The notes under the pieces were generated by a model that saw nothing but the letters and a program-made list of their open reading frames with translations, made no database searches and had not been told where the DNA came from. The position numbers and the translations under genes were made by a program. 64,000 nucleotides of DNA from Phoronis australis (Eukaryota > Animalia > Phoronida): NCBI GenBank assembly GCA_002633005.1, contig NMRA01000425.1:107523-171522 (forward strand), read 5' to 3'. Each line of letters begins with the position of its first letter. Position 1 is the first letter of the stretch. Below are positions 32,854 to 44,800 of this stretch, piece after piece.

Positions 32854-35800
32854 CTGAAAATAAGCGTTCTCATAGATTATCGTTCTAAAAAGCAATATCT
32901 TGAAAGTTTCATTGCTTTGCTATTTTAACTATGATTGTTAGACTGATTCGGATGATAGTAGTAATTCGTTCAGTACTTTGAGCGTCTAAATTTAGAATCC
33001 AGGCAGCATTCATCATCGGTACACTGGGGTTAAACTCTGAGGGAGTGACATCGTACCTGGCGGTTATTACGCAAAAATGAAGTGCTCATACATGGCGACT
33101 ATTTCAGGGTGGTTTAGATCCTGATAATTGTTAGCACTTAGTTTCACGTACATGTAATGATCGCTTAGAACTGGGTGACCCTTGCCATTCCCAGGTGGTT
33201 ACACATAATACCATGGAGTTAGCCGACTATCATAACGTTTCGGACTGGCAGCAAAAAAATATCTAACGCTATATAATTTTACCTTGATCGTACTGTACGT
33301 AGTGAGACGCTTCAGTAGGTTTTATAGTGTAGGTTTTCATCACGTTGTCGTCCATAATGGCTGAACCTCGGAATAGACTGAAACATCCGGGACTGCACAA
33401 GACACAGCCAAGCACGTGTTCGGCTGCCTTTTGCATCCAGTGACCGATTGCGTACTCGAACTTCTGATACCACACCATTGGTCCTGCACGATACAGAAGG
33501 AACACGTGCCATTGTGATGCTCTTTTTGGGACCAAGAAGTAAGGAGCGTCAGTTTCAAACAGATTCGCCCATCTCTGTAGGCATTCCAAGCAGTTTAAAG
33601 GGCAACACTAGCTTTTCAAAAGGTTTTTTAATCGAATTCGAATATTCTACGATAAAAAGTATTTTGACCTTTTTATAAAAAGGTAATTAGTTCAAATAAA
33701 AAAGTCTGCAAACAGGAAATGAGCAGGTGTCAAAAACGCAGGTCGCTCCGAATATCTTGCGTTCCCTCGCATTTCCGTTCTGATAGCGTGCCTCATGCCT
33801 TGCACACCAACCAAACTGAAGTTCGAGCCCCGGTGCCTAACTTGAGCAATTATGCCAGGAACAGATAATAAAACTTATACAACATAGACTCAGTCGATCT
33901 TAAGCACAGTGTTTGGGTGGTGTGACTTGCTCAGTGTCACGAATTACGGTTAGAAGAATTGAGTTTGTTTCCATAGAAATCGGCAATGAAGGTTCAAAAT
34001 ACCTTTCAGAATAAGTAAAATAAAGCAAATGTTCAAAAAGCAAAAACAAGACTTATGAGTCTTCATAAACGCCTTGTGTTGGTCACAAAACGTGACCTGT
34101 GGTTAAGTCTGAAAAGATATGGCTTGTATGAGACTAATAGTACTAATAATTTGTGCTAATATAACATGAATGCGCCGATTTACACCAACACAATCATATA
34201 CATGTATACGCACTCCAAGATTTTAGTAAGACGCTTTCTAGTAATTCTGTTTGCATTGCTGTGACCAATCGGAGGTCCCGAAAGCTCAGTGGTCTAAAGC
34301 ATCTAGACAATTAGCAGAAATTCCTGCGTTCGAACCCCGGTCGGGCAGAGTTCTTTTCAGGAAAAGGTACAGGTCACGTGACATGACCAACACGTGGCGT
34401 GTATGAAGACTAATAACTCTTTTTACACGATATCAACGCGTTAGTTTATAACGACATCATTACTTTCAAAAAGTTAATGAATGTTCTCTTTAAAACTTGT
34501 TTACTTGTACACGTGTATGTAATTTCACTCACATAATCTATCACTTTGATCATACACCATTAAATTCTTCGCAAGTGGGCAAAATTTGTTTTGTCTGAAT
34601 TTTTGACTAAATGATGCCCAGATGCGACAAATGAAATCTCGTATTAAGCAACAACTGTTTAAAACTCGGTCTATAAATACCTGTCATAGTCATCAAAACC
34701 TGTACAATTTTATCCATACCTGATCCAATGGGATGGATGCGTCCACACGCTGCTCCAACCTTCTTGTTCTTCTTCATTCTGTCCACGAGTAATCTCACGG
34801 CATCTGGCGTAAAGTCAACGTCACCGTCAAGAGCCAGCAGGAACGTGTTCTCCGCCTTCAATTAAACATAAGGCTTCATAAAAAATGGATTACAACGCCC
34901 CCAGTCGACAGCGGTCTCAGGAGTTGAAATAGGTCTCTGAGAGTAATCAGGGATTCGACTTGGCTTTGCTCTTAAATATTGTGCGTTTGTAAGAAAACAG
35001 TTCTACGGTCCTACCTGCACGTGCAACTTGTCATCGACATCATCAAAGATCTCCGATTTGGTAAAACGTTCCGCCTTCCCTCTGCGATTGAGAGCCGTGT
35101 TTGCCCATGTTTGACGTCTCCTTTTATCCGTTCTCTCCGCGTCAGGTGGCATTGGGTGACTCTGGCGGTTGCCAAACAGTTTGAAGCCAAGTAGATAATA
35201 CATGTACATAACCTAAATACAAACCAGCTACGTCATTTGCTGTTAACCAGGGCCAGGTTCTTACTCTCTGTCAAGGTGTAAACAGTACAATCAGACCGTT
35301 GTTCATCAGGTTGCCATTTATGAACAGTGCAGTCTATGTAATACAAATTCCGATTATCCAGTAGTTATTGTTTGGACAGAAGATCAACGCAACCTGTAGA
35401 GAGATCCAAATAAAACCCGGAACTCCATGAATTTTATGGTAGATCCTTTCAATGAATCTAGTAATGTTTCAAAAGCACCTGTAAAGATTTCAGTGTGCGT
35501 CTATGTGCGTCACGCTTATCTACGAACATCAAGCTTACGCACCGGTTTACATCTAAACCACCAATGTCTTCCCAGTGCAGCTACCTTGTACTAACTATCG
35601 TTGTGTCTTTATAATTCATTCACGCAGTCGCCGTTTTAACAGTGAGCCTTTTTTAGGTTTAAAAACAATGCGTTGGACAACTAAATATTAACGAGGCATG
35701 CAAAAAAATCACGATTTGCATTGTGATTAAGCGCGGGATGTATTGTTTTTAATACCTAAAAAGAGACCCACTTTTAAAATGGCGACTGCGTGGATAAGGT

Positions 35801-38800
35801 GTATATGGCATCAACAAGAATAAAAAAATCAACAAGAATATTTGGCCTTATCCGCATGCACACGCAAATTTATCATCATTATGGCGTTGACTTTTTGTGA
35901 ACATGTCGGGTCCAATTACTCTCTGTGTTGGTATCAAACCTTCCATAAAAATCCTCTCATTCACCCACGTATCTCTTCTCACATCATACTTACTTGAGAC
36001 CATCGCTTCCGGTGCCTAATTTTTTGCTTGTCCTTCAGATGTGTCACTAGGGTTGTGCCGCCCGGTAATTTCCAAGTTAGTTGTCCACCGTACGGAGTCG
36101 GGGTCTTATCGGGAGGTGGCATTACCATTTCGATGCCATGAACAGAGCTGTAAGAGGAAAAATGGCTCTCTACATAGCTTCAAGTGACATAGCACTTGTG
36201 GAATCCAATGCTCGACTTTCGTTTGCATTTCCCTTGGTAATAACTGACAGATGATCCAAACTTTCTCGTGAGTTGCGATATTGCCTATTTTTGTCAGTTT
36301 GGGTGGTAGAGGAAGAAACAGTAATAAGTGGTTGCAGTCGTAGTGGTGCTGGTGGTGGTGGTGGTTGGTAGATGGTGCTAATGACATAGGAAGCGGTTGT
36401 TTTTTAATATGTTTGCATATCTAAATATTTGAATAGTTATATCAGATACTAGTTATATAGTTCTCTGTATATTACTTCCATCTATGTACTGTCTACCATC
36501 CAGATATAATACCTCGCGAGTTGTTGGTTTGTCATGATATTAATTGTATGTTCCGTGTATTCATGAATAAATATATATCACCTTAAAAACATATGACACG
36601 GTGGTTGACGTTGTTGGGGCACTGGTAGTGGTGGTGGTGGTGGTCATGTTGGTGGTGGTGGTGGTACAGGTGGTGGTGGTACTGGTGTTAGTGGTGGTGG
36701 TGATGATGATGGTTTGTGATGGTGGTGGTAGTAGGTGTTGGGTGGTAGTAATAATAATAGTGATGGAATCAAGAGTAGTAGACGTGGTACTCGTGCTGGT
36801 AGTGGTGGTGGGTGGTGATATTAGTGATACTAGCGGTGATATTAGTGATACTAGCGGTGATATTAGTGATACTAGCGGTGATATTAGTGATACTAGCGGT
36901 GATATTAGTGATACTAGCGGTGATATTAGTGATACTAGCGGTGATATTAGTGATACTAGCGGTGATATTAGTGATACTAGTGGTGATATTAGTGATACTA
37001 GCGGTGATATTAGTGATACTAGTTGTGATATTAGTGATACTAGTGGTGATATTAGTGATACTAATGGTGATATTAGTGATACTAGTTGTGATATTAGTGA
37101 TACTAGTGGTGATATTAATGATACTAGTGGTGACAGAAGGAGTATTAAACGAATTATCCTAGCAGAGTTAGTCAAAACGGATTCATAGACCGTTATACAA
37201 AGGGTTAGCTTTGTATTCTCGAAAAATTTGCTTTTAAAAGAATTTGTGATCCAAAGTAATATCGTCAACTTTCTGGCACTCAATTTTTGAAGCTCCGTGG
37301 TTGTCATTGTGACGTGAGTTGACTTGATGATTAATACGAGACGGAGGTACACTTGATGATTGATACGAGACGGAGGTATACTTGATGATTGATACGAGAC
37401 GGAGGTACACTTGATGATTGATACGAGACGGAGGTACACTTGATGATTGATACGAGACGGAGGTACACTTGATGATTGATACGAGACGGAGGTACACTTG
37501 ATGATTGATACGAGACAGAGGTATACTTGATTATAAAACAAATGAAGCTGAGTTGTCAGTACGTACAGAGGTTGCAATGCTAGGAATTTACAACGAAACA
37601 GTCCACTTAATATTTCAATCAATTTCATTCCATTACAAAGATTATTTTTATTATTGAATAATAGAAAATTAAAATAATTAACATTTACAACTTGATCAGG
37701 ATATGTGTAATTACAAAATGAAACTGACTTGTCAGTCAATTGGAAGTCGACCGCCGATGCCTACCGAATTGAGCATAAACTGAAAATTTCATGTAAAAAC
37801 AAACCCTCAGTATTAATGCCCAATGACATAAATTTGTGGGCAAGCGTTCTTTTTGTAATTTACTCGCTATTTAAGAGAAGTCTGGATTTTGTAGCCGAGT
37901 CCCCATCGAGGGTAGAATGGGCGAATGAGCATCTAGTTGTTTGCTCTTCGTGGCTTTCATGAACATAGCTTACAAGGTCGAAAATGGTGCCGTGCCGATG
38001 ATTTTAAGGAGCCTATCACGTTTCGACCAGAAATCAGTAGGTTTCCGCGACGAAAACTAGTCTTCGTATTCTGACACTAGTTATGTCGGGGTGCGTGACA
38101 GCGTCTCCATTATTACTTGTATGCCAGCTTGCAAAACAAGCATTCACCAGAGTAAGTTTCACAAAGCATGCAGCAATCAGAGAATCTGATGAAACCTAAC
38201 TAGCACTGGGTCAAAAGTAACAGTTTATTTAGGCATATGAATGTCTCACCTTGCCGCCTCGCTGATTACTTGAATGAAGGACTTAACGAACTGATTTGGA
38301 ACCCATTCTTCGTCATCAGTCAGCTCCATGCAGTCGTCGAACATAATGTGAGCTTAAATTGAAAGAAAAAGGCGACACTTTTAAATAAAGTCGGTTAAAG
38401 CGACGTGATTTAGAGCTGTTCACTTGCATGTATTTGCCTTCTAGTTGATAATAGCTGTTTCCAACACTTGTTAACATTTATACGGGCAGTTTACAAATAC
38501 TCGAATTTTTTTGAAATATTCAAGAAGAAACAGCTTATCATTTCAATTCAAAAGAAATCGTGAATTTTGTATTGGCTTGTTGTAAACTTAGGGTTCCACA
38601 ATGTGCCAACCTCAACGGGATTACACACAAGCACATTCCGTAAAGCAAAAATATGCTAAGAGCAAGCTAGTGTGATACATGTCGCGTAATCTCGCCGAAT
38701 TCGCAAGTCACTCGCACTACGGAAAGCACACCGGTTGCAGCTGATACGAACAATATATCATCTTGGGATTTACACAAGACAATGACGCGAAGCACTAAGT

Positions 38801-41800
38801 ATTTTTGTGATGTCACTCATATAGATGCAGTTGGTAACGGTTAACCTGGCCAGAAGTTCAGGGCCCGGTCTCTAATCTTTGTACTCGAAATGAACTGGAA
38901 ATTATTTTTGGTAATTTCTCTTCTCCTTTTGAGCGAACTCAACATTAGTGGTTATCAGATTGTGCTCGAATAATTATAGTTCATGCATATGAGTTTCTAG
39001 TCCAAGTTTGCACTTAAAGCCCTTATATGGATGCTACAAACTCAAATAAAAACTCGAAATTTCGAGTTCGAACTCAAACTTTTAGCTTTAATGTTGAATT
39101 TGTCAACTGCAAACTAGGACTAATCAATCATCCACGTAAGTCATTATGTATTCGAGCATTGAGTAATGGACACTTATCTTGAGTTAGCACAAAAGTAGAT
39201 TAAAAACGCCAAACATTATTTCGAGTTCCATTTCGAGTAAAAAGATTCGAGACTGGGCTCAGGAATCACACGATTTTCTAATCATCAAACTCAAGGTACC
39301 TACTTTCGAATTCGTAAAAGTCAGGGTCAACAAATCCGAACCCTTTCTGAGCACACTTCCTGGCGCTATGGTCTGCATCCATTCTACAAAAAGATCGTAG
39401 TTAATAATTGTAATCTAAAATACGATTTGGTTTGAGCTAGTTTAGCACTTTTTGGCGCTTTCAAAACGCATGTGATTCGCTTCACAAGGTAATGTGTAGA
39501 TCAGACGGCCACGCTATGAATGATGTGTTTGTGACTCACAAAAAGTAGTCCTGGCAATATTTACCAGGGTCTCTCCTCCTTTGCAGAATTACTTCCCTTT
39601 CTCACGAAGCACGCAGGGGCGGGTCCATGATTTTTTAAAAGGGGGATCACATCAAGCATTCTTTAAAAGGAGTCCAAGTCAACAATTTGAAAATTCTAGA
39701 TATAATATCAATAAAATCAAGGATCTGTTTATGGCGCGTTAGTTTCATTCCATACTAAGAATATCGCTTTCTTTTTCTATCAGTATAAGCCTAACCGTTA
39801 ACAATTTTTTCAGCCAGTTACCTGAAAATTGACTTCAACAATTGAGTCATTTCGTTGTCTGTTTCATGCCACATGGTAGCGCATGCGTAGATCTTTGGAA
39901 CCATTGAATCGTCGCCATTTTTTGTGTTGTCAGTTTTTTTGCTTTCAGTGCCGCCATATTCTGTCGACATGCTGCCCTCTGATACAATGTCGTTAGCTTG
40001 GTCTGATGTGAACCGTATGACCTTTTTGTCATTTGAGTTTCGATTCAGAGTCAATGACTGCTCAATGAGAACCCCGCAGTAGCCAACGGTGACAAATAGT
40101 CTGGAATTAGATGGAATGTTGGCTATAGTTCTGGATTTATTATCTTGCTTTGCTGTTGGTCTGTGATTGGTTTGTTACTTAGGTTTGTTTAATCGTTACG
40201 GTCGAAATCGAAGTTTTCAAAGATACCTTACTTAATAAACTTAACGTTTCTACGTTATTTTCTATATTTGACAAGCAGAGACAAGTAGCAGAGGCACTAC
40301 AGCTGTGTTGCTGCTGCCGTCGTCGCCAAAGCCGTCAACGCCGCCGTCGCGATGTTTTCCCATTAATTTTACTGATATTGTTAATACGGCTATTGATATT
40401 AATACTGCCACTTCAGTTACCACTTTCACTACCATTTAGTCTGTGTTTATAAACGAACTTACTCTTCCGTTTTTGCCATTCTGTCTTGTTGGGGGTACCA
40501 TATGTGGCTGGCTATGAACAGCTGTGAGGCCCACACCAGCACGAAGATGCCAATATGCCAGTAAAGCAAGCCGTATAAGCTGTTCTTTTCTGGGCAGTGC
40601 CATGAGAACGGAGCAGGAATGAACGCGTATCCATAGCAATGGAGGAGAATAACGAGTAATGTCACGGGGCTTGCTAGTGTCAGGGGTAAACTAAAGCTGG
40701 CCTTTTGCATGCACAGTTTACAGGCAATTCGTGCAGAGTAAAAACAAACTAATGCAGATACAACCTGTGCGAGCCCAAGATAGAGGTCGGCAAACTCATT
40801 CGGGGATCCATCTGTGAATATTTTGGCGATCGTCACGACGTTGTGGTCTATTCGATAGGTGGGAACCATGAGATGAGCAAGGCCAATGGTGCACGCGATT
40901 TTCCAAGGCGAGACTATCAACAGTGACACAATGCGACTCTCACGGAATTCTGCCCTAAATGTTCTGACACTGAAAGGAATACATCCTAACTGCCTGTTCT
41001 TTTCAGAAAAGTTCTCCCACCAGGTGAATGAGGTGAGTAAAAGAGATATTGGTATCTTCCAAATGTCCTTGGGTAGCCGTGCTACTAAATCCCAGAACAA
41101 GTCGTTGCGAAAGAAGAACATGGAAGGTTGATTGTGTGTCACTGGAGGTGTTACACTTATAGAATCGTTATATGTGTTAGTCACAGGGATTGTCCTGTTA
41201 TTCTCGTTATCGCTGTGACCAGTTCTATTTTCCGAATTGTCAGTGAACCCGACTATCGCAATCGCTGTGCCTGCAAGGAATTGAATGAGAAACGCAACAA
41301 CTAGGACAGTTTTCAGCGCAATTTGTCGGACTTGAAAAGTACGCATGTTTTGGCGTTCATGATCATTGGGGACAACGGTTTTCCGGAAAGCAATTTTACA
41401 GAATCCAGGAACAGCTGAAACCGCACTTGTCACGAACAAAGCTCGAACAATATCCAGTCTCGGTAGGATATCGAAAACCAAAAGACAAAGACCGGAAGTA
41501 TGGATCGTCTCGAAGATGAGAATCTGAAACAAATAAGTAATCTATACTGGAACAAAAGCGGTGTAATTTACCAGAGACCCCTAGAGTGCACTTTGAAAAC
41601 GAGTCGTATCAAAATCCGAATACGACCCCAGAGTGAGGATCAGTGGTATAACTTTCAACAATATCCATGATTCATAACTTGCTCGTACTATTTTCACATG
41701 TGCTCATGAAGTGTTGAATAAGTCGAGAGCGATACGGCCATGTGGTATTGTTTTTGGCACTGCTCTCCCGGGACTACTTTAACAGTGACCTCTGACATGG

Positions 41801-44800
41801 AAAGTTCAAAAGGTAGGTCAATGTCGACTCTACGTCGTTAGCCGGTTTGATCATCAAACTTTCCGAAAATAGTTTAAAGTAATGAAGCTGCAGCAGTATA
41901 AATAACACTCAACATGCAATCAGGTCCCAAACGTAACATCTGGTACAAAACTATTAATTATACGAGACTTCTGTCTTAATTTTATTTGCTAAAAATTATA
42001 TCGTGTGCAACTCAGGCACCTATTCCTCGCTAACTAATTATCGTCGTTTTCATCTTTGTTATCTCTTCTAAAATAATAAATCGTTACATTCAATACTGTT
42101 TTCTTTAACTAGAGTAAACTTGTAACCAAACACACTAGTACATAGTGATGCGCTATAGGTTGTGATCTGCCACGTGAACAGTCTAGGTGAAGTATTTTAA
42201 AAATCTGCCGAAAAATAAAATAAACTCACAGTTCAAAGCGTATGGCATATATACTTTCGGTCTCGGTCGATACGCGGAATAATGTCTCGTTGAATATTAT
42301 TTCATCGGCGCCACTCTCATTACGTTTTGTGTATTCATTGCATCGAGAATTGAGTTTTTCAGTTTAGAAAAGCTCATGGAGTTGTGCTTAGATCATGCTG
42401 ATGGAAGACATTTCCAGAAATATTGTAAAATGCTTGAATTTATAATTGTTAGACTTTGTCTCAATTAGCTCAACTAGGATATCTTAACAGACAGCATTTC
42501 ACGCCTCCTCGCTTCATTGTGCTAAATGCAACAAGCGTTGGGAAAAAAAGCTAGCATTAAAGCACATTCAACATCAGTATGAGCTCAAAACATAAAAGTT
42601 GAAGTTCTTGTGTCTATTTGGGAAAATTAATTAGCAAACTTTGGCATCTTTTTCTGGGAAAATCAGCTTGTATATGATGGCTTTCATACAAAATGCACAT
42701 TTAAGCCAAACCACGGTAGAGAGAGTCAAATTACCAACCTTTAACAAGCAGAAGAAAGTTGGAAGAGGTTGATTTCCAAATAAGGCTTTAAGCAAGCTGA
42801 ACACAAACGTGAACACGTAGGGCATGCAGACGCAGACAATGACGAGGGTCACGTGATTGTGCGACAGTCCAGTCTGTAAAATTAACACATAATCGTATAG
42901 TCTTAACTTCAGTTGTTTATCAACGCCTCCAAGCGATCCTCTTTTTACGCCTGTCTTAACCTGGCGCAGTGTTTGTTCTTAGTTTAAGTTGCTATGAACT
43001 CGTCTTCTTCCAAGAGGAATATTTTTCATTTAGTTTACGTGCTATTATAAACCCGGTAATCAAAAAGTTCCTCGCTCCAGTTAGGAATGTTTGGTAGGTT
43101 TGGAGAGAACTGGCGGTCAGTTGGTGTTTGAAGACAACTAGCCAAACAAGGCGCATAAAATGACCCGTCGGGTCAAGCCAACTTGGTGCGGCTTGTCTCG
43201 AGCTACAACAATGTGAGTTCTTCCCAAACTCAGAAATCACGTAGAAACACGTGATCTAAGTGAACATTGTTTTACATTTAGTCTAAGCACGTGGACGTAC
43301 ATTCAGTGTGAAATGCCCTAAAGAGCATTGTGCATGAACATTGTTTTGTCAGTTTTAATTTAAAAAATAGCAATGAACTCTTGTTATCTAAGCAGATTTC
43401 CAATAGAGGACTTCATTAGCCTGGCATGGCAAAAAGTGTTAGACATCACAAACATCAATAGCACAAATCGACTCCATTGTCCATGAGAAGTGCAGTATTA
43501 TCTGAGCATGGTCATTTGTGTGACGACTTCAGCAGAACGAAATCAACAAAGATGTTTTATTTGGTTGAATTTTAATCTTAAAACGTTTATTTTAGATATT
43601 AATCATTAGTTAAATGTATAAAGACGCGTACTAATACCGTTGCTCATGGAACGGAAACAAGATTCTATCCCAACAAAGATTCAGCCTCCCCGACCAGTTA
43701 CTTGCCGGAGAACATTTGTAAGGTCCCAAATATACGCGATAAAACTGGAAAGCAACCAAGATTAGATTTTATTTGACATCGTACTCACATCTCCTGCGGT
43801 TGTGGGTGACGTCAGCAACAACAGTGCACCTTTACTGATGACGACGCTCGTAAGTACAATTACAAAGATGAGTGCGTACAAGAAGACTTTCAGGGCCTTC
43901 AAGATGGTACTGAAATCCCCGTCACTCTCCCGATCACGTGGAATGTTTTGAAATACATCCCACATGTGCCTGAAAATAATCACAAATTGACAACGTTGTG
44001 GGGAGTTCATGGAGTCAAGAAATCAGTGACGAGTAAAACTCCATTTTTATTTCTTTTAAATCGTTTGTTCGTCAAATACAATATTAGGCACGATTTTTTG
44101 ATAAAATAAGATGTTTTTTATATTCTCTTGCCTGTTGACGCCCTTGATGACATGGTTGGCATGGAAATCAAGATGTTTGCTTTGGGGTAACCTGTTTCAT
44201 TTCAGGTAGATAGTCCTTTAAAAAGATTGTATTAAGATCATTATTTTCCCGTGTCTCACACAGGTACTGAAATTCAAAGCATTTCATAATCGTGCTCTAT
44301 CAGTTGCACTGCGACTTTCGTTTTCTGACTCTTGGTTTTACGTAAAAACCTAATCTCTCATTGTAGAATAAAACCTCCTAAAGAAATATGTCAAACTGTC
44401 AAGACTTTATTCTGAACACATACATAAACGAATTGTGCTAAATTTTTCCCTTCCTTGTGGAATATGGGCGAACACACGACGAACACAAACAAATTGCCGA
44501 TAGGTAACTACTCTACTTTTCAATGGTTTATCTCACCAAAGCAGCTCTTCAGCATTTTATTTTCAGAAACATGTTTTTATTTATTTGCTGACATATAGCC
44601 GCTGTCAATGTTGATTTTTAACCGACGAGCTTAGGAGGTTTCAAAGCTTTGCCACGCTCATTCGATCTCGAGTTGTTGCCGAATGAGCATGCAACTCGCC
44701 ACAGGCAATGCGTACATGCGTCGCTGATTTTCGAATTCGCAATTTTAAATTTGGACAGTCACAATAAAGTCTGAAGCGTTTCCGGGAGTCGCTGTTGGTT

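Noticed and set aside
36814-37531. CRISPR-like arrays (21-bp and 29-bp repeats)
   Set aside because: Units are head-to-tail with no unique spacers, there are no cas genes, and the context is a eukaryotic intron.
36561-37739. ORFs of 392, 195 and 116 aa (LISPLVS, GDISDTS and VILVILA repeats)
   Set aside because: They arise from stop-free frames of tandem repeats inside CHS intron 7; CHS exons 7 and 8 join in phase without them.
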